Shown here: positions 18,801 through 35,300 of the stretch, one piece after another
Position numbering within the stretch: the first letter of the stretch is position 1
Layout of the letters: the number at the start of each line of letters is the position of its first letter
Assembly (NCBI GenBank): GCA_964016885.1
Contig: OZ024742.1
Coordinates: 201,748,001 to 201,812,000 of the forward strand
Length of the DNA stretch: 64,000 bases
Source: Eledone cirrhosa
Taxonomy: Eukaryota
Direction: 5' to 3'
Notes under the pieces: model-generated
Database searches by the model: none
Told to the model about the DNA's origin: nothing
What the model saw: only the letters and a program-made list of their open reading frames with translations
Made by a program: the position numbers and the translations under genes

Positions 18801-21800
18801 AGCCACAACCACTACTATGAGTACTAACACCACCACTGCAACCACAACCATTACTATGACTACTACCACCACCACTACAGCCACAGCAACTATTAAGACT
18901 ACTACCACCACTACTGCAGCCACAACCATTACTATGACTACCATCACCACTACTGCCACAACCGTTACTATGACTACTACCACCACCACTACAGCCACAT
19001 CCACTACTATGACTACTACCACCACTACTACAGCCACTACCACTACTATGACTAGTACCACCACTACTACAGCCACAACCACTACAATGACTACTACCAC
19101 CACTACTACAGCCACTACCACTACTATGACTAGTACCACCACTACTACAGCCACAACCACTACTATGACTACTACCACCACCACTAGAGCTACAACCACT
19201 ACTATGACTACTACCACCACCACTTCAGTCACAACCACTACTATGACTACTACCACCACCACTACAGCCACATCCTCTACTATGACTACTACCACCACCA
19301 CTACAGCCACAACCATTACTAAGACTACTACCACCACCACTACAGCCACAACCACTACTATGAGTACTACCACCACCACTACAGCCACAACCACTACTAT
19401 GAGTACTAACACCACCACTGCAGCCACAACCATTGCTATGACTACCATCACCATTACTGCCACAACCATTACTATGACTACTACCACCACCACTGCAACC
19501 ACAACCATTACTATGACTACTACCACCACCACTACAGCCACAGCAACTATTAAGACTACTACCACCACTACTGCAGGCACAACCATTACTATGACTACTA
19601 CCACCACCACTACAGTCACAACCACTACTATGACTAGTACCACCACTACTACAGCCACAGCTACTACTATGACTACTACCACCACCACTAGAGCTACAAC
19701 CACTACTATGACTACTACCACCACCACTACAGCCACAACCACTACTATGACTACTACCACCACTACTACAGCCACAACCACTACTATGACTACTTCCACC
19801 ACCAATACAGCCACAACCACTACTATGACTACTACCACCACCACTACAGCCACAACCACTACTATGACTACTACCACCACCACTACAGCCACAACCACTA
19901 CTATGACTACTACCACCACCACTACAGCCACAACCACTACTATGACTACTACCACCACCACTACAGCCACAACCACTACAATGAATATTACCACCAACAC
20001 TGCACCCACAACCATTAGTATGACTACTACCACCACCACTACAGCCACAACCACTACTATGACTACTACCACCACCACTACAGCCACAACCACTACTATG
20101 ACTACTACCACCACAACTACAGCCACAACCACTACTATGACTACTACCACCACCACTAGAGCTACACCCACTACTATGACTTACCACCACCACTACAGCC
20201 ACAACCATTACTATGACTACTACCACCACCACTACAGCCACAACCACTACTATGACTACTACCACCACCACTACAGCCACAACCACTACTATGACTACTA
20301 CCACCACCACTACAGCCACAACCATTACTATGACTACTACCACCAACACTACAGCCACAACCACTACTATAACTACTAACAGCACCTCTACAGCCACAAC
20401 CATTACTATGACTACTACCACCACCACCACTACAGCCACAACCACTACTATGACTACTACCACCACCACTACAGCCACAACCACTACTATGACTACTACC
20501 ACCACCACTAGAGCCACAACCACTACTATGACTACTACCACCACCACTTCAGTCACAACCACTACTATGACTACTACCACCACCACTACAGCCACATCCT
20601 CTACTATGACTACTACCACCACCACTACAGCCACAACCATTACTATGACTACTACCATCACCACTACAGCCACAACCGCTACTATGACTACTACCACCAC
20701 CATTACAGCCACAACCACTACTATGACTACTACCACCACCACTACAGCTAGAACCACTACTATGACTACTACCACCACCACTAGAGCTACATCCACTACT
20801 ATGACTACTATCACCAACACTGCAGCCACAACCATTACTATGACTACTACCACCACCACTACAGCCACAACCGTTACTATGACTACTACCACCACCACTA
20901 CAGCCACAACCACTACTATGACTACTACCACCACCACTACAGCCACAATCACTACTATGACTACTGTCACCAACACTGCAGCCACAACCATTACTATGAC
21001 TACTACCACCACCACTACAGCCACAACCATTACTATGACTACTACCACCACCACTACAGCCACAACCATTACTATGACTACTACCACCCACACTACATCC
21101 ACAACCACTACTATGACTACTACCACCACCACTACAGCCACAACCATTACTATGACTACTACCACCACCACTACAGCCACAACCATTACTATGACTACTA
21201 CCACCACCACTACAGCCACAACCACTATTATGACTACTACCACCACCACTACAGCCACAACAATTACTATGACTACTCCCACCACCACTACAGCCACAAC
21301 CACTACTATGACTACTACCACCACCACTACAGCCACAACAATTACTATGACTACTCCCACCACCACTACAGCCACAACCACTACTATGACTACTACCACC
21401 ACCACAGCAGCCACAACCACTACTATGACTACTACCACCACCACTACAGCCACAACAACTATTAAGACTACTACCACCACTACTACAGCCACAACCATTA
21501 CTATGACTACTACCACCACCACTACAGCCACAACTACTACTATGACTACTACCACCACCACTACAGCCACAACCACTACTATAACTACTAACACCACCTC
21601 TACAGCCACAACCATTACTATGACTACTACCACCACCACTACAGCCACAACCACTACTATTACTACTACCACCACCACTACAGCCACAACCACTGCTATG
21701 ACTACTACCACCACCACTACAGCCACAACCACTACTATGACTACTACCACCACTACTACAGCCACAACCATTACTATGACTACTACCACCACCACTACAG

Positions 21801-24800
21801 CCACAACTACTACTATGACTACTACCACCACTACTACAGCCACTACCACTACTATGACTAGTACCACCACTACTACAGCCACAACCACTACTATGACTAC
21901 TACCACCACCAATACAGCCACAACCACTACTATGACTACTACCACCACCACTACAGCCACAACCACTACTATGACTACTACCACCACCACTACAGCCTCA
22001 ACCATTACTATGACTACTACCACCACCACTACAGCCACAACCACTACTATGACTACTACCACCACCAGTACAGCCACAACCACTACTATGACTACTACCA
22101 CCACCACTACAGCCACAACCATTACTATGACTACTACCACCACCACTACAGCCACATCCACTACTATGACTACTACCACCACCACTACAGCCACAACCAT
22201 TACTATGACTACTACCACCACCACTACAGCCACAACCACTACTATGAGTACTAACACCACCACTGCAACCACAACCATTACTATGACTACTACCACCACC
22301 ACTACAGCCACAGCAACTATTAAGACTACTACCACCACTACTGCAGCCACAACCATTACTATGACTACCATCACCACTACTGCCACAACCGTTACTATGA
22401 CTACTACCACCTCCACTACAGCCACATCCACTACTATGACTACTACCACCACTACTACAGCCACTACCACTACTATGACTAGTACCACCACTACTACAGC
22501 CACAACCACTACAATGACTACTACCACCACTACTACAGCCACTACCACTACTATGACTAGTACCACCACTACTACAGCCACAACCACTACTATGACTACT
22601 ACCACCACCACTAGAGCTACAACCACTACTATGACTACTACCACCACCACTTCAGTCACAACCACTACTATGACTACTACCACCACCACTACAGCCACAT
22701 CCTCTACTATGACTACTACCACCACCACTACAGCCACAACCATTACTAAGACTACTACCACCACCACTACAGACACAACCACTACTATGAGTACTACCAC
22801 CACCACTACAGCCACAACCACTACTATGAGTACTAACACCACCACTGCAGCCACAACCATTGCTATGACTACCATCACCACTACTGCCACAACCATTACT
22901 ATGACTACTACCACCACCACTGCAACCACAACCATTACTATGACTACTACCACCACCACTACAGCCACAGCAACTATTAAGACTACTACCACCACTACTG
23001 CAGGCACAACCATTACTATGACTACTACCACCACCACTACAGTCACAACCACTACTATGACTAGTACCACCACTACTACAGCCACAGCTACTACTATGAC
23101 TACTACCACCACCACTTGAGCTACAACCACTACTATGACTACTACCACCACCACTACAGCCACAACCACTACTATGACTACTACCACCACTACTACAGCC
23201 ACAACCACTACTATGACTACTTCCACCACCAATACAGCCACAACCACTACTATGACTACTACCACCACCACTAGAGCCACAACCACTACTATGACTACTA
23301 CCACCACCACTTCAGTCACAACCACTACTATGACTACTACCACCACCACTACAGCCACATCCTCTACTATGACTACTACCACCACCACTACAGCCACAAC
23401 CATTACTATGACTACTACCATCACCACTACAGCCACAACCGCTACTATGACTACTACCACCACCATTACAGCCACAACCACTACTATGACTACTACCACC
23501 ACCACTACAGCTAGAACCACTACTATGACTACTACCACCACCACTAGAGCTACATCCACTACTATGACTACTATCACCAACACTGCAGCCACAACCATTA
23601 CTATGACTACTACCACCACCACTACAGCCACAACCGTTACTATGACTACTACCACCACCACTACAGCCACAACCACTACTATGACTACTACCACCACCAC
23701 TACAGCCACAATCACTACTATGACTACTGTCACCAACACTGCAGCCACAACCATTACTATGACTACTACCACCACCACTACAGCCACAACCATTACTATG
23801 ACTACTACCACCACCACTACAGCCACAACCATTACTATGACTACTACCACCCACACTACATCCACAACCACTACTATGACTACTACCACCACCACTACAG
23901 CCACAACCATTACTATGACTACTACCACCACCACTACAGCCACAACCATTACTATGACTACTACCACCACCACTACAGCCACAACCACTATTATGACTAC
24001 TACCACCACCACTACAGCCACAACAATTACTATGACTACTCCCACCACCACTACAGCCACAACCACTACTATGACTACTACCACCACCACTACAGCCACA
24101 ACAATTACTATGACTACTCCCACCACCACTACAGCCACAACCACTACTATGACTACTACCACCACCACAGCAGCCACAACCACTACTATGACTACTACCA
24201 CCACCACTACAGCCACAACAACTATTAAGACTACTACCACCACTACTACAGCCACAACCATTACTATGACTACTACCACCACCACTACAGCCACAACTAC
24301 TACTATGACTACTACCACCACCACTACAGCCACAACCACTACTATAACTACTAACACCACCTCTACAGCCACAACCATTACTATGACTACTACCACCACC
24401 ACTACAGCCACAACCACTACTATTACTACTACCACCACCACTACAGCCACAACCACTGCTATGACTACTACCACCACCACTACAGCCACAACCACTACTA
24501 TGACTACTACCACCACTACTACAGCCACAACCATTACTATGACTACTACCACCACCACTACAGCCACAACTACTACTATGACTACTACCACCACTACTAC
24601 AGCCACTACCACTACTATGACTAGTACCACCACTACTACAGCCACAACCACTACTATGACTACTACCACCACCAATACAGCCACAACCACTACTATGACT
24701 ACTACCACCACCACTACAGCCACAACCACTACTATGACTACTACCACCACCACTACAGCCTCAACCATTACTATGACTACTACCACCACCACTACAGCCA

Positions 24801-27800
24801 CAACCACTACTATGACTACTACCACCACCAGTACAGCCACAACCACTACTATGACTACTACCACCACCACTACAGCCACAACCATTACTATGACTACTAC
24901 CACCACCACTACAGCCACATCCACTACTATGACTACTACCACCACCACTACAGCCACAACCATTACTATGACTACTACCACCACCACTACAGCCACAACC
25001 ACTACTATGAGTACTAACACCACCACTGCAACCACAACCATTACTATGACTACTACCACCACCACTACAGCCACAGCAACTATTAAGACTACTACCACCA
25101 CTACTGCAGCCACAACCATTACTATGACTACCATCACCACTACTGCCACAACCGTTACTATGACTACTACCACCACCACTACAGCCACATCCACTACTAT
25201 GACTACTACCACCACTACTACAGCCACTACCACTACTATGACTAGTACCACCACTACTACAGCCACAACCACTACAATGACTACTACCACCACTACTACA
25301 GCCACTACCACTACTATGACTAGTACCACCACTACTACAGCCACAACCACTACTATGACTACTACCACCACCACTAGAGCTACAACCACTACTATGACTA
25401 CTACCACCACCACTTCAGTCACAACCACTACTATGACTACTACCACCACCACTACAGCCACATCCTCTACTATGACTACTACCACCACCACTACAGCCAC
25501 AACCATTACTAAGACTACTACCACCACCACTACAGACACAACCACTACTATGAGTACTACCACCACCACTACAGCCACAACCACTACTATGAGTACTAAC
25601 ACCACCACTGCAGCCACAACCATTGCTATGACTACCATCACCACTACTGCCACAACCATTACTATGACTACTACCACCACCACTGCAACCACAACCATTA
25701 CTATGACTACTACCACCACCACTACAGCCACAGCAACTATTAAGACTACTACCACCACTACTGCAGGCACAACCATTACTATGACTACTACCACCACCAC
25801 TACAGTCACAACCACTACTATGACTAGTACCACCACTACTACAGCCACAGCTACTACTATGACTACTACCACCACCACTTGAGCTACAACCACTACTATG
25901 ACTACTACCACCACCACTACAGCCACAACCACTACTATGACTACTACCACCACTACTACAGCCACAACCACTACTATGACTACTTCCACCACCAATACAG
26001 CCACAACCACTACTATGACTACTACCACCACCACTACAGCCACAACCACTACTATGACTACTACCACCACCACTACAGCCACAACCACTACTATGACTAC
26101 AACCACCACTACAGCCACAACCACTACTATGACTACTACCACCACCACTACAGCCACAACCACTACAATGAATATTACCACCAACACTGCACCCACAACC
26201 ATTAGTATGACAACTACCACCACCACTACAGCCACAACCACTACTATGACTACTACCACGACCACTACAGCCACAACCACTACTATGACTACTACCACCA
26301 CAACTACAGCCACAACCACTACTATGACTACTACCACCACCACTAGAGCTACACCCACTACTATGACTTACCACCACCACTACAGCCACAACCATTACTA
26401 TGACTACTACCACCACCACTACAGCCACAACCACTACTATGACTACTACCACCACCACTACAGCCACAACCACTACTATGACTACTACCACCACCACTAC
26501 AGCCACAACCATTACTATGACTACTACCACCAACACTACAGCCACAACCACTACTATAACTACTAACAGCACCTCTACAGCCACAACCATTACTATGACT
26601 ACTACCACCACCACCACTACAGCCACAACCACTACTATGACTACTACCACCACCACTACAGCCACAACCACTACTATGACTACTACCACCACCACTAGAG
26701 CCACAACCACTACTATGACTACTACCACCACCACTTCAGTCACATCCACTACTATGACTACTACCACCACCACTACAGCCACATCCTCTACTATGACTAC
26801 TACCACCACCACTACAGCCACAACCATTACTATGACTACTACCATCACCACTACAGCCACAACCGCTACTATGACTACTACCACCACCATTACAGCCACA
26901 ACCACTACTATGACTACTACCACCACCACTACAGCTAGAACCACTACTATGACTACTACCACCACCACTAGAGCTACATCCACTACTATGACTACTGTCA
27001 CCAACACTGCAGCCACAACCATTACTATGACTACTACCACCACCACTACAGCCACAACCGTTACTATGACTACTACCACCACCACTACAGCCACAACCAC
27101 TACTATGACTACTACCACCACCACTACAGCCACAACAACTATTAAGACTACTACCACCACTACTACAGCCACAACCATTACTATGACTACTACCACCACC
27201 ACTACAGCCACAACTACTACTATGACTACTACCACCACCACTACAGCCACAACCACTACTATAACTACTAACACCACCTCTACAGCCACAACCATTACTA
27301 TGACTACTACCACCACCACTACAGCCACAACCACTACTATTACTACTACCACCACCACTACAGCCACAACCACTGCTATGACTACTACCACCACCACTAC
27401 AGCCACAACCACTACTATGACTACTACCACCACTACTACAGCCACAACCATTACTATGACTACTACCACCACCACTACAGCCACAACTACTACTATGACT
27501 ACTACCACCACTACTACAGCGACTACCACTACTATGACTAGTACCACCACTACTACAGCCACAACCACTACTATGACTACTACCACCACCAATACAGCCA
27601 CAACCACTACTATGACTACTACCACCACCACTACAGCCACAACCACTACTATGACTACTACCACCACCACTACAGCCACAGCAACCATTACTATGACTAC
27701 TACCACCACCACTACAGCCACAACCACTACTATGACTACTACCACCACCAGTACAGCCACAACCACTACTATGACTACTACCACCACCACTACAGCCACA

Positions 27801-29285
27801 ACCATTACTATGACTACTACCACCACCACTACAGCCACATCCACTACTATGACTACTACCACCACCACTACAGCCACAACCATTACTATGACTACTACCA
27901 CCACCACTACAGCCACAACCACTACTATGAGTACTAACACCACCACTGCAACCACAACCATTACTATGACTACTACCACCACCACTACAGCCACAGCAAC
28001 TATTAAGACTACTACCACCACTACTGCAGCCACAACCATTACTATGACTACCATCACCACTACTGCCACAACCGTTACTATGACTACTACCACCACCACT
28101 ACAGCCACATCCACTACTATGACTACTACCACCACTACTACAGCCACTACCACTACTATGACTAGTACCACCACTACTACAGCCACAACCACTACAATGA
28201 CTACTACCACCACTACTACAGCCACTACCACTACTATGACTAGTACCACCACTACTACAGCCACAACCACTACTATGACTACTACCACCACCACTAGAGC
28301 TACAACCACTACTATGACTACTACCACCACCACTTCAGTCACAACCACTACTATGACTACTACCACCACCACTACAGCCACATCCTCTACTATGACTACT
28401 ACCACCACCACTACAGCCACAACCATTACTAAGACTACTACCACCACCACTACAGACACAACCACTACTATGAGTACTACCACCACCACTACAGCCACAA
28501 CCACTACTATGAGTACTAACACCACCACTGTAGCCACAACCATTGCTATGACTACCATCACCACTACTGCCACAACCATTACTATGACTACTACCACCAC
28601 CACTGCAACCACAACCATTACTATGACTACTACCACCACCACTACAGCCACAGCAACTATTAAGACTACTACCACCACTACTGCAGGCACAACCATTACT
28701 ATGACTACTACCACCACCACTACAGTCACAACCACTACTATGACTAGTACCACCACTACTACAGCCACAGCTACTACTATGACTACTACCACCACCACTT
28801 GAGCTACAACCACTACTATGACTACTACCACCACCACTACAGCCACAACCACTACTATGACTACTACCACCACTACTACAGCCACAACCACTACTATGAC
28901 TACTTCCACCACCAATACAGCCACAACCACTACTATGACTACTACCACCACCACTACAGCCACAACCACTACTATGACTACTACCACCACCACTACAGCC
29001 ACAACCACTACTATGACTACAACCACCACTACAGCCACAACCACTACTATGACTACTACCACCACCACTACAGCCACAACCACTACAATGAATATTACCA
29101 CCAACACTGCACCCACAACCATTAGTATGACTACTACCACCACCACTACAGCCACAACCACTACTATGACTACTACCACGACCACTACAGCCACAACCAC
29201 TACTATGACTACTACCACCACAACTACAGCCACAACCACTACTATGACTACTACCACCACCACTAGAGCTACACCCACTACTATG
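841..29285. repeat. Higher-order repeat layer A: six units of 5295, 5017, 5059, 3967, 6187 and 2920 bp
   Basis: The junction agagctacacccactactatgACTTACcacc (2-bp deletion) recurs at 841, 6136, 11153, 16212, 20179, 26366 and 29286. Each is preceded by the variant acaatgaatattaccaccaacactgcac. The 6187-bp unit contains an internal 2763-bp duplication (TGA marker ending at 23119 and 25882). Confidence 0.93.
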
Positions 29286-29319
29286 ACTTACCACCACCAC
29301 TACAGCCACAACCATTACT

Positions 29320-32300
29320 ATGACTACTACCACCACCACTACAGCCACAACCACTACTATGACTACTACCACCACCACTACAGCCACAACCACTACTATG
29401 ACTACTACCACCACCACTACAGCCACAACCATTACTATGACTACTACCACCAACACTACAGCCACAACCACTACTATAACTACTAACAGCACCTCTACAG
29501 CCACAACCATTACTATGACTACTACCACCACCACCACTACAGCCACAACCACTACTATGACTACTACCACCACCACTACAGCCACAACCACTACTATGAC
29601 TACTACCACCACCACTAGAGCCACAACCACTACTATGACTACTACCACCACCACTTCAGTCACATCCACTACTATGACTACTACCACCACCACTACAGCC
29701 ACATCCTCTACTATGACTACTACCACCACCACTACAGCCACAACCATTACTATGACTACTACCATCACCACTACAGCCACAACCGCTACTATGACTACTA
29801 CCACCACCATTACAGCCACAACCACTACTATGACTACTACCACCACCACTACAGCTAGAACCACTACTATGACTACTACCACCACCACTAGAGCTACATC
29901 CACTACTATGACTACTGTCACCAACACTGCAGCCACAACCATTACTATGACTACTACCACCACCACTACAGCCACAACCGTTACTATGACTACTACCACC
30001 ACCACTACAGCCACAACCACTACTATGACTACTACCACCACCACTACAGCCACAATCACTACTATGACTACTGTCACCAACACTGCAGCCACAACCATTA
30101 CTATGACTACTACCACCACCACTACAGCCACAACCATTACTATGACTACTACCACCACCACTACAGCCACAACCATTACTATGACTACTACCACCCACAC
30201 TACATCCACAACCACTACTATGACTACTACCACCACCACTACAGCCACAACCATTACTATGACTACTACCACCACCACTACAGCCACAACCATTACTATG
30301 ACTACTACCACCACCACTACAGCCACAACCACTATTATGACTACTACCACCACCACTACAGCCACAACAATTACTATGACTACTCCCACCACCACTACAG
30401 CCACAACCACTACTATGACTACTACCACCACCACAGCAGCCACAACCACTACTATGACTACTACCACCACCACTACAGCCACAACAACTATTAAGACTAC
30501 TACCACCACTACTACAGCCACAACCATTACTATGACTACTACCACCACCACTACAGCCACAACTACTACTATGACTACTACCACCACCACTACAGCCACA
30601 ACCACTACTATAACTACTAACACCACCTCTACAGCCACAACCATTACTATGACTACTACCACCACCACTACAGCCACAACCACTACTATTACTACTACCA
30701 CCACCACTACAGCCACAACCACTGCTATGACTACTACCACCACAACTACAGCCACAACCACTACTATGACTACTACCACCACCACTTCAGTCACAACCAC
30801 TACTATGACTACTACCACCACCACTACAGCCACATCCTCTACTATGACTACTACCACCACCACTACAGCCACAACCATTACTAAGACTACTACCACCACC
30901 ACTACAGCCACAACCACTACTATGAGTACTACCACCACCACTACAGCCACAACCACTACAATGAGTACTAACACTACCACTGCAGCCACAACCATTGCTA
31001 TGACTACCATCACCACTACTGCCACAACCATTACTATGACTACTACCACCACCACTAGAGCCACATCCACTACTATGACTACTACCACCACCACTACAGC
31101 CACAACCATTACTATGACTACTACCACCACCACTACAGCCACAACCACTACTATGAGTACTAATACCACCACTGCAACCACAACCATTACTATGACTACT
31201 ACCACCACCACTACAGCCACAGCAACTATTAAGACTACTATCACCACTACTGCAGCCACAACCATTACTATGACTACCATCACCACTACTGCCACAACCA
31301 TTACTATGACTACTACCACCACCACTACAGCCACAACCATTACTATGACTACTACCACCACCACTACAGCCACAACCACTACTATGACTACTACAACCAC
31401 CACTACAGCCACAACCACTACTATGACTACTACCACCACCACTACAGCCACAACCATTACTATGACTACTACCACCAACACTACAGCCACAACCACTACT
31501 ATAACTACTAACACCACCTCTACAGCCACAACCATTACTATGACTACTACCACCACCACCACTACAGCCACAACCACTACTATGACTACTACCACCACCA
31601 CTACAGCCACAACCACTACTATGACTACTACCACCACCACTACAGCCACAACCACTACTATGACTACTACCACCACCACTTCAGTCACAACCACTACTAT
31701 GACTACTACCACCACCACTACAGCCACATCCTCTACTATGACTACTACCACCACCACTACAGCCACAACCATTACTATGACTACTACCATCACCACTACA
31801 GCCACAACCGCTACTATGACTACTACCACCACCATTACAGCCACAACCACTACTATGACTACTACCACCACCACTACAGCTAGAACCACTACTATGACTA
31901 CTACCACCACCACTAGAGCTACATCCACTACTATGACTACTGTCACCAACACTGCAGCCACAACCATTACTATGACTACTACCACCACCACTACAGCCAC
32001 AACCGTTACTATGACGACTACCACCACCACTACAGCCACAACCACTACTATGACTACTACCACCACCACTACAGCCACAATCACTACAATGACTACTGTC
32101 ACCAACACTGCAGCCACAACCATTACTATGACTACTACCACCACCACTACAGCCACAACCATTACTATGACTACTACCACCACCACTACAGCCACAACCA
32201 TTACTATGACTACTACCACCCACACTACATCCACAACCACTACTATGACTACTACCACCACCACTACAGCCACAACCATTACTATGACTACTACCACCAC

Positions 32301-35300
32301 CACTACAGCCACAACCATTACTATGACTACTACCACCACCACTACAGCCACAACCACTATTATGACTACTACCACCACCACTACAGCCACAACAATTACT
32401 ATGACTACTCCCACCACCACTACAGCCACAACCACTACTATGACTACTACCACCACCACTACAGCCACAACAATTACTATGACTACTCCCACCACCACTA
32501 CAGCCACAACCACTACTATGACTACTACCACCACCACAGCAGCCACAACCACTACTATGACTACTACCACCACTACTACAGCCACAACAACTATTAAGAC
32601 TACTACCACCACTACTACAGCCACAACCATTACTATGACTACTACCACCACCACTACAGCCACAACTACTACTATGACTACTACCACCACCACTACAGCC
32701 ACAACCACTACTATAACTACTAACACCACCTCTACAGCCACAACCATTACTATGACTACTACCACCACCACTACAGCCACAACCACTACTATTACTACTA
32801 CCACCACCACTACAGCCACAACCACTGCTATGACTACTACCACCACAACTACAGCCACAACCACTACTATGACTACTACCACCACCACTTCAGTCACAAC
32901 CACTACTATGACTACTACCACCACCACTACAGCCACATCCTCTACTATGACTACTACCACCACCACTACAGCCACAACCATTACTAAGACTACTACCACC
33001 ACCACTACAGCCACAACCACTACTATGAGTACTACCACCACCACTACAGCCACAACCACTACTATGAGTACTAACACTACCACTGCAGCCACAACCATTG
33101 CTATGACTACCATCACCACTACTGCCACAACCATTACTATGACTACTACCACCACCACTAGAGCCACATCCACTACTATGACTACTACCACCACCACTAC
33201 AGCCACAACCATTACTATGACTACTACCACCACCACTACAGCCACAATCACTACTATGAGTACTAACACCACCACTGCAACCACAACCATTACTATGACT
33301 ACTACCACCACCACTACAGCCACAGCAAATATTAAGACTACTATCACCACTACTGCAGCCACAACCATTACTATGACTACCATCACCACTACTGCCACAA
33401 CCATTACTATGACTACTACCAACACCACTACAGCCACAACCATTACTATGACTACTACCACCACCACTACAGCCACAACCACTACTATGACTACTACCAC
33501 CACCACTACAGCCACAACCACTACTATGACTACTACCACCACCACTACAGCCACAACCACTACTATGACTACTACCACCACCACAGCAGCCACAACCACT
33601 ACTATGACTACTACCACCACCACTACAGCCACAACAACTATTAAGACTACTACCACCACTACTACAGCCACAACCATTACTATGACTACTACCACCACCA
33701 CTACAGCCACAACTACTACTATGACTACTACCACCACCACTACAGCCACAACCACTACTATAACTACTAACACCACCTCTACAGCCACAACCATTACTAT
33801 GACTACTACCACCACCACTACAGCCACAACCACTACTATTACTACTACCACCACCACTACAGCCACAACCACTGCTATGACTACTACCACCACAACTACA
33901 GCCACAACCACTACTATGACTACTACCACCACCACTTCAGTCACAACCACTACTATGACTACTACCACCACCACTACAGCCACATCCTCTACTATGACTA
34001 CTACCACCACCACTACAGCCACAACCATTACTAAGACTACTACCACCACCACTACAGCCACAACCACTACTATGAGTACTACCACCACCACTACAGCCAC
34101 AACCACTACTATGAGTACTAACACTACCACTGCAGCCACAACCATTGCTATGACTACCATCACCACTACTGCCACAACCATTACTATGACTACTACCACC
34201 ACCACTAGAGCCACATCCACTACTATGACTACTACCACCACCACTACAGCCACAACCATTACTATGACTACTACCACCACCACTACAGCCACAATCACTA
34301 CTATGAGTACTAACACCACCACTGCAACCACAACCATTACTATGACTACTACCACCACCACTACAGCCACAGCAACTATTAAGACTACTATCACCACTAC
34401 TGCAGCCACAACCATTACTATGACTACCATCACCACTACTGCCACAACCATTACTATGACTACTACCAACACCACTACAACCACAACCATTACTATGACT
34501 ACTACCACCACCACTACAGCCACAACCACTACTATGACTACTACCACCACCACTACAGCCACAACCACTACTATGACTACTACCACCACCACTACAGCCA
34601 CAACCATTACTATGACTACTACCACCAACACTACAGCCACAACCACTACTATAACTACTAACACCACCTCTACAGCCACAACCATTACTATGACTACTAC
34701 CACCACCACCACTACAGCCACAACCACTACTATGACTACTACCACCACCACTACAGCCACAACCACTACTATGACTACTACCACCACCACTACAGCCACA
34801 ACCACTACTATGACTACTACCACCACCACTTCAGTCACAACCACTACTATGACTACTACCACCACCACTACAGCCACATCCTCTACTATGACTACTACCA
34901 CCACCACTACAGCCACAACCGTTACTATGACTACTACCACCACCACTACAGCCACAACCACTACTATGACTACTACCACCACCACTACAGCCACAATCAC
35001 TACTATGACTACTGTCACCAACACTGCAGCCACAACCATTACTATGACTACTACCACCACCACTACAGCCACAACCATTACTATGACTACTACCACCACC
35101 ACTACAGCCACAACCATTACTATGACTACTACCACCCACACTACATCCACAACCACTACTATGACTACTACCACCACCACTACAGCCACAACCATTACTA
35201 TGACTACTACCACCACCACTACAGCCACAACCATTACTATGACTACTACCACCACCACTACAGCCACAACCACTATTATGACTACTACCACCACCACTAC

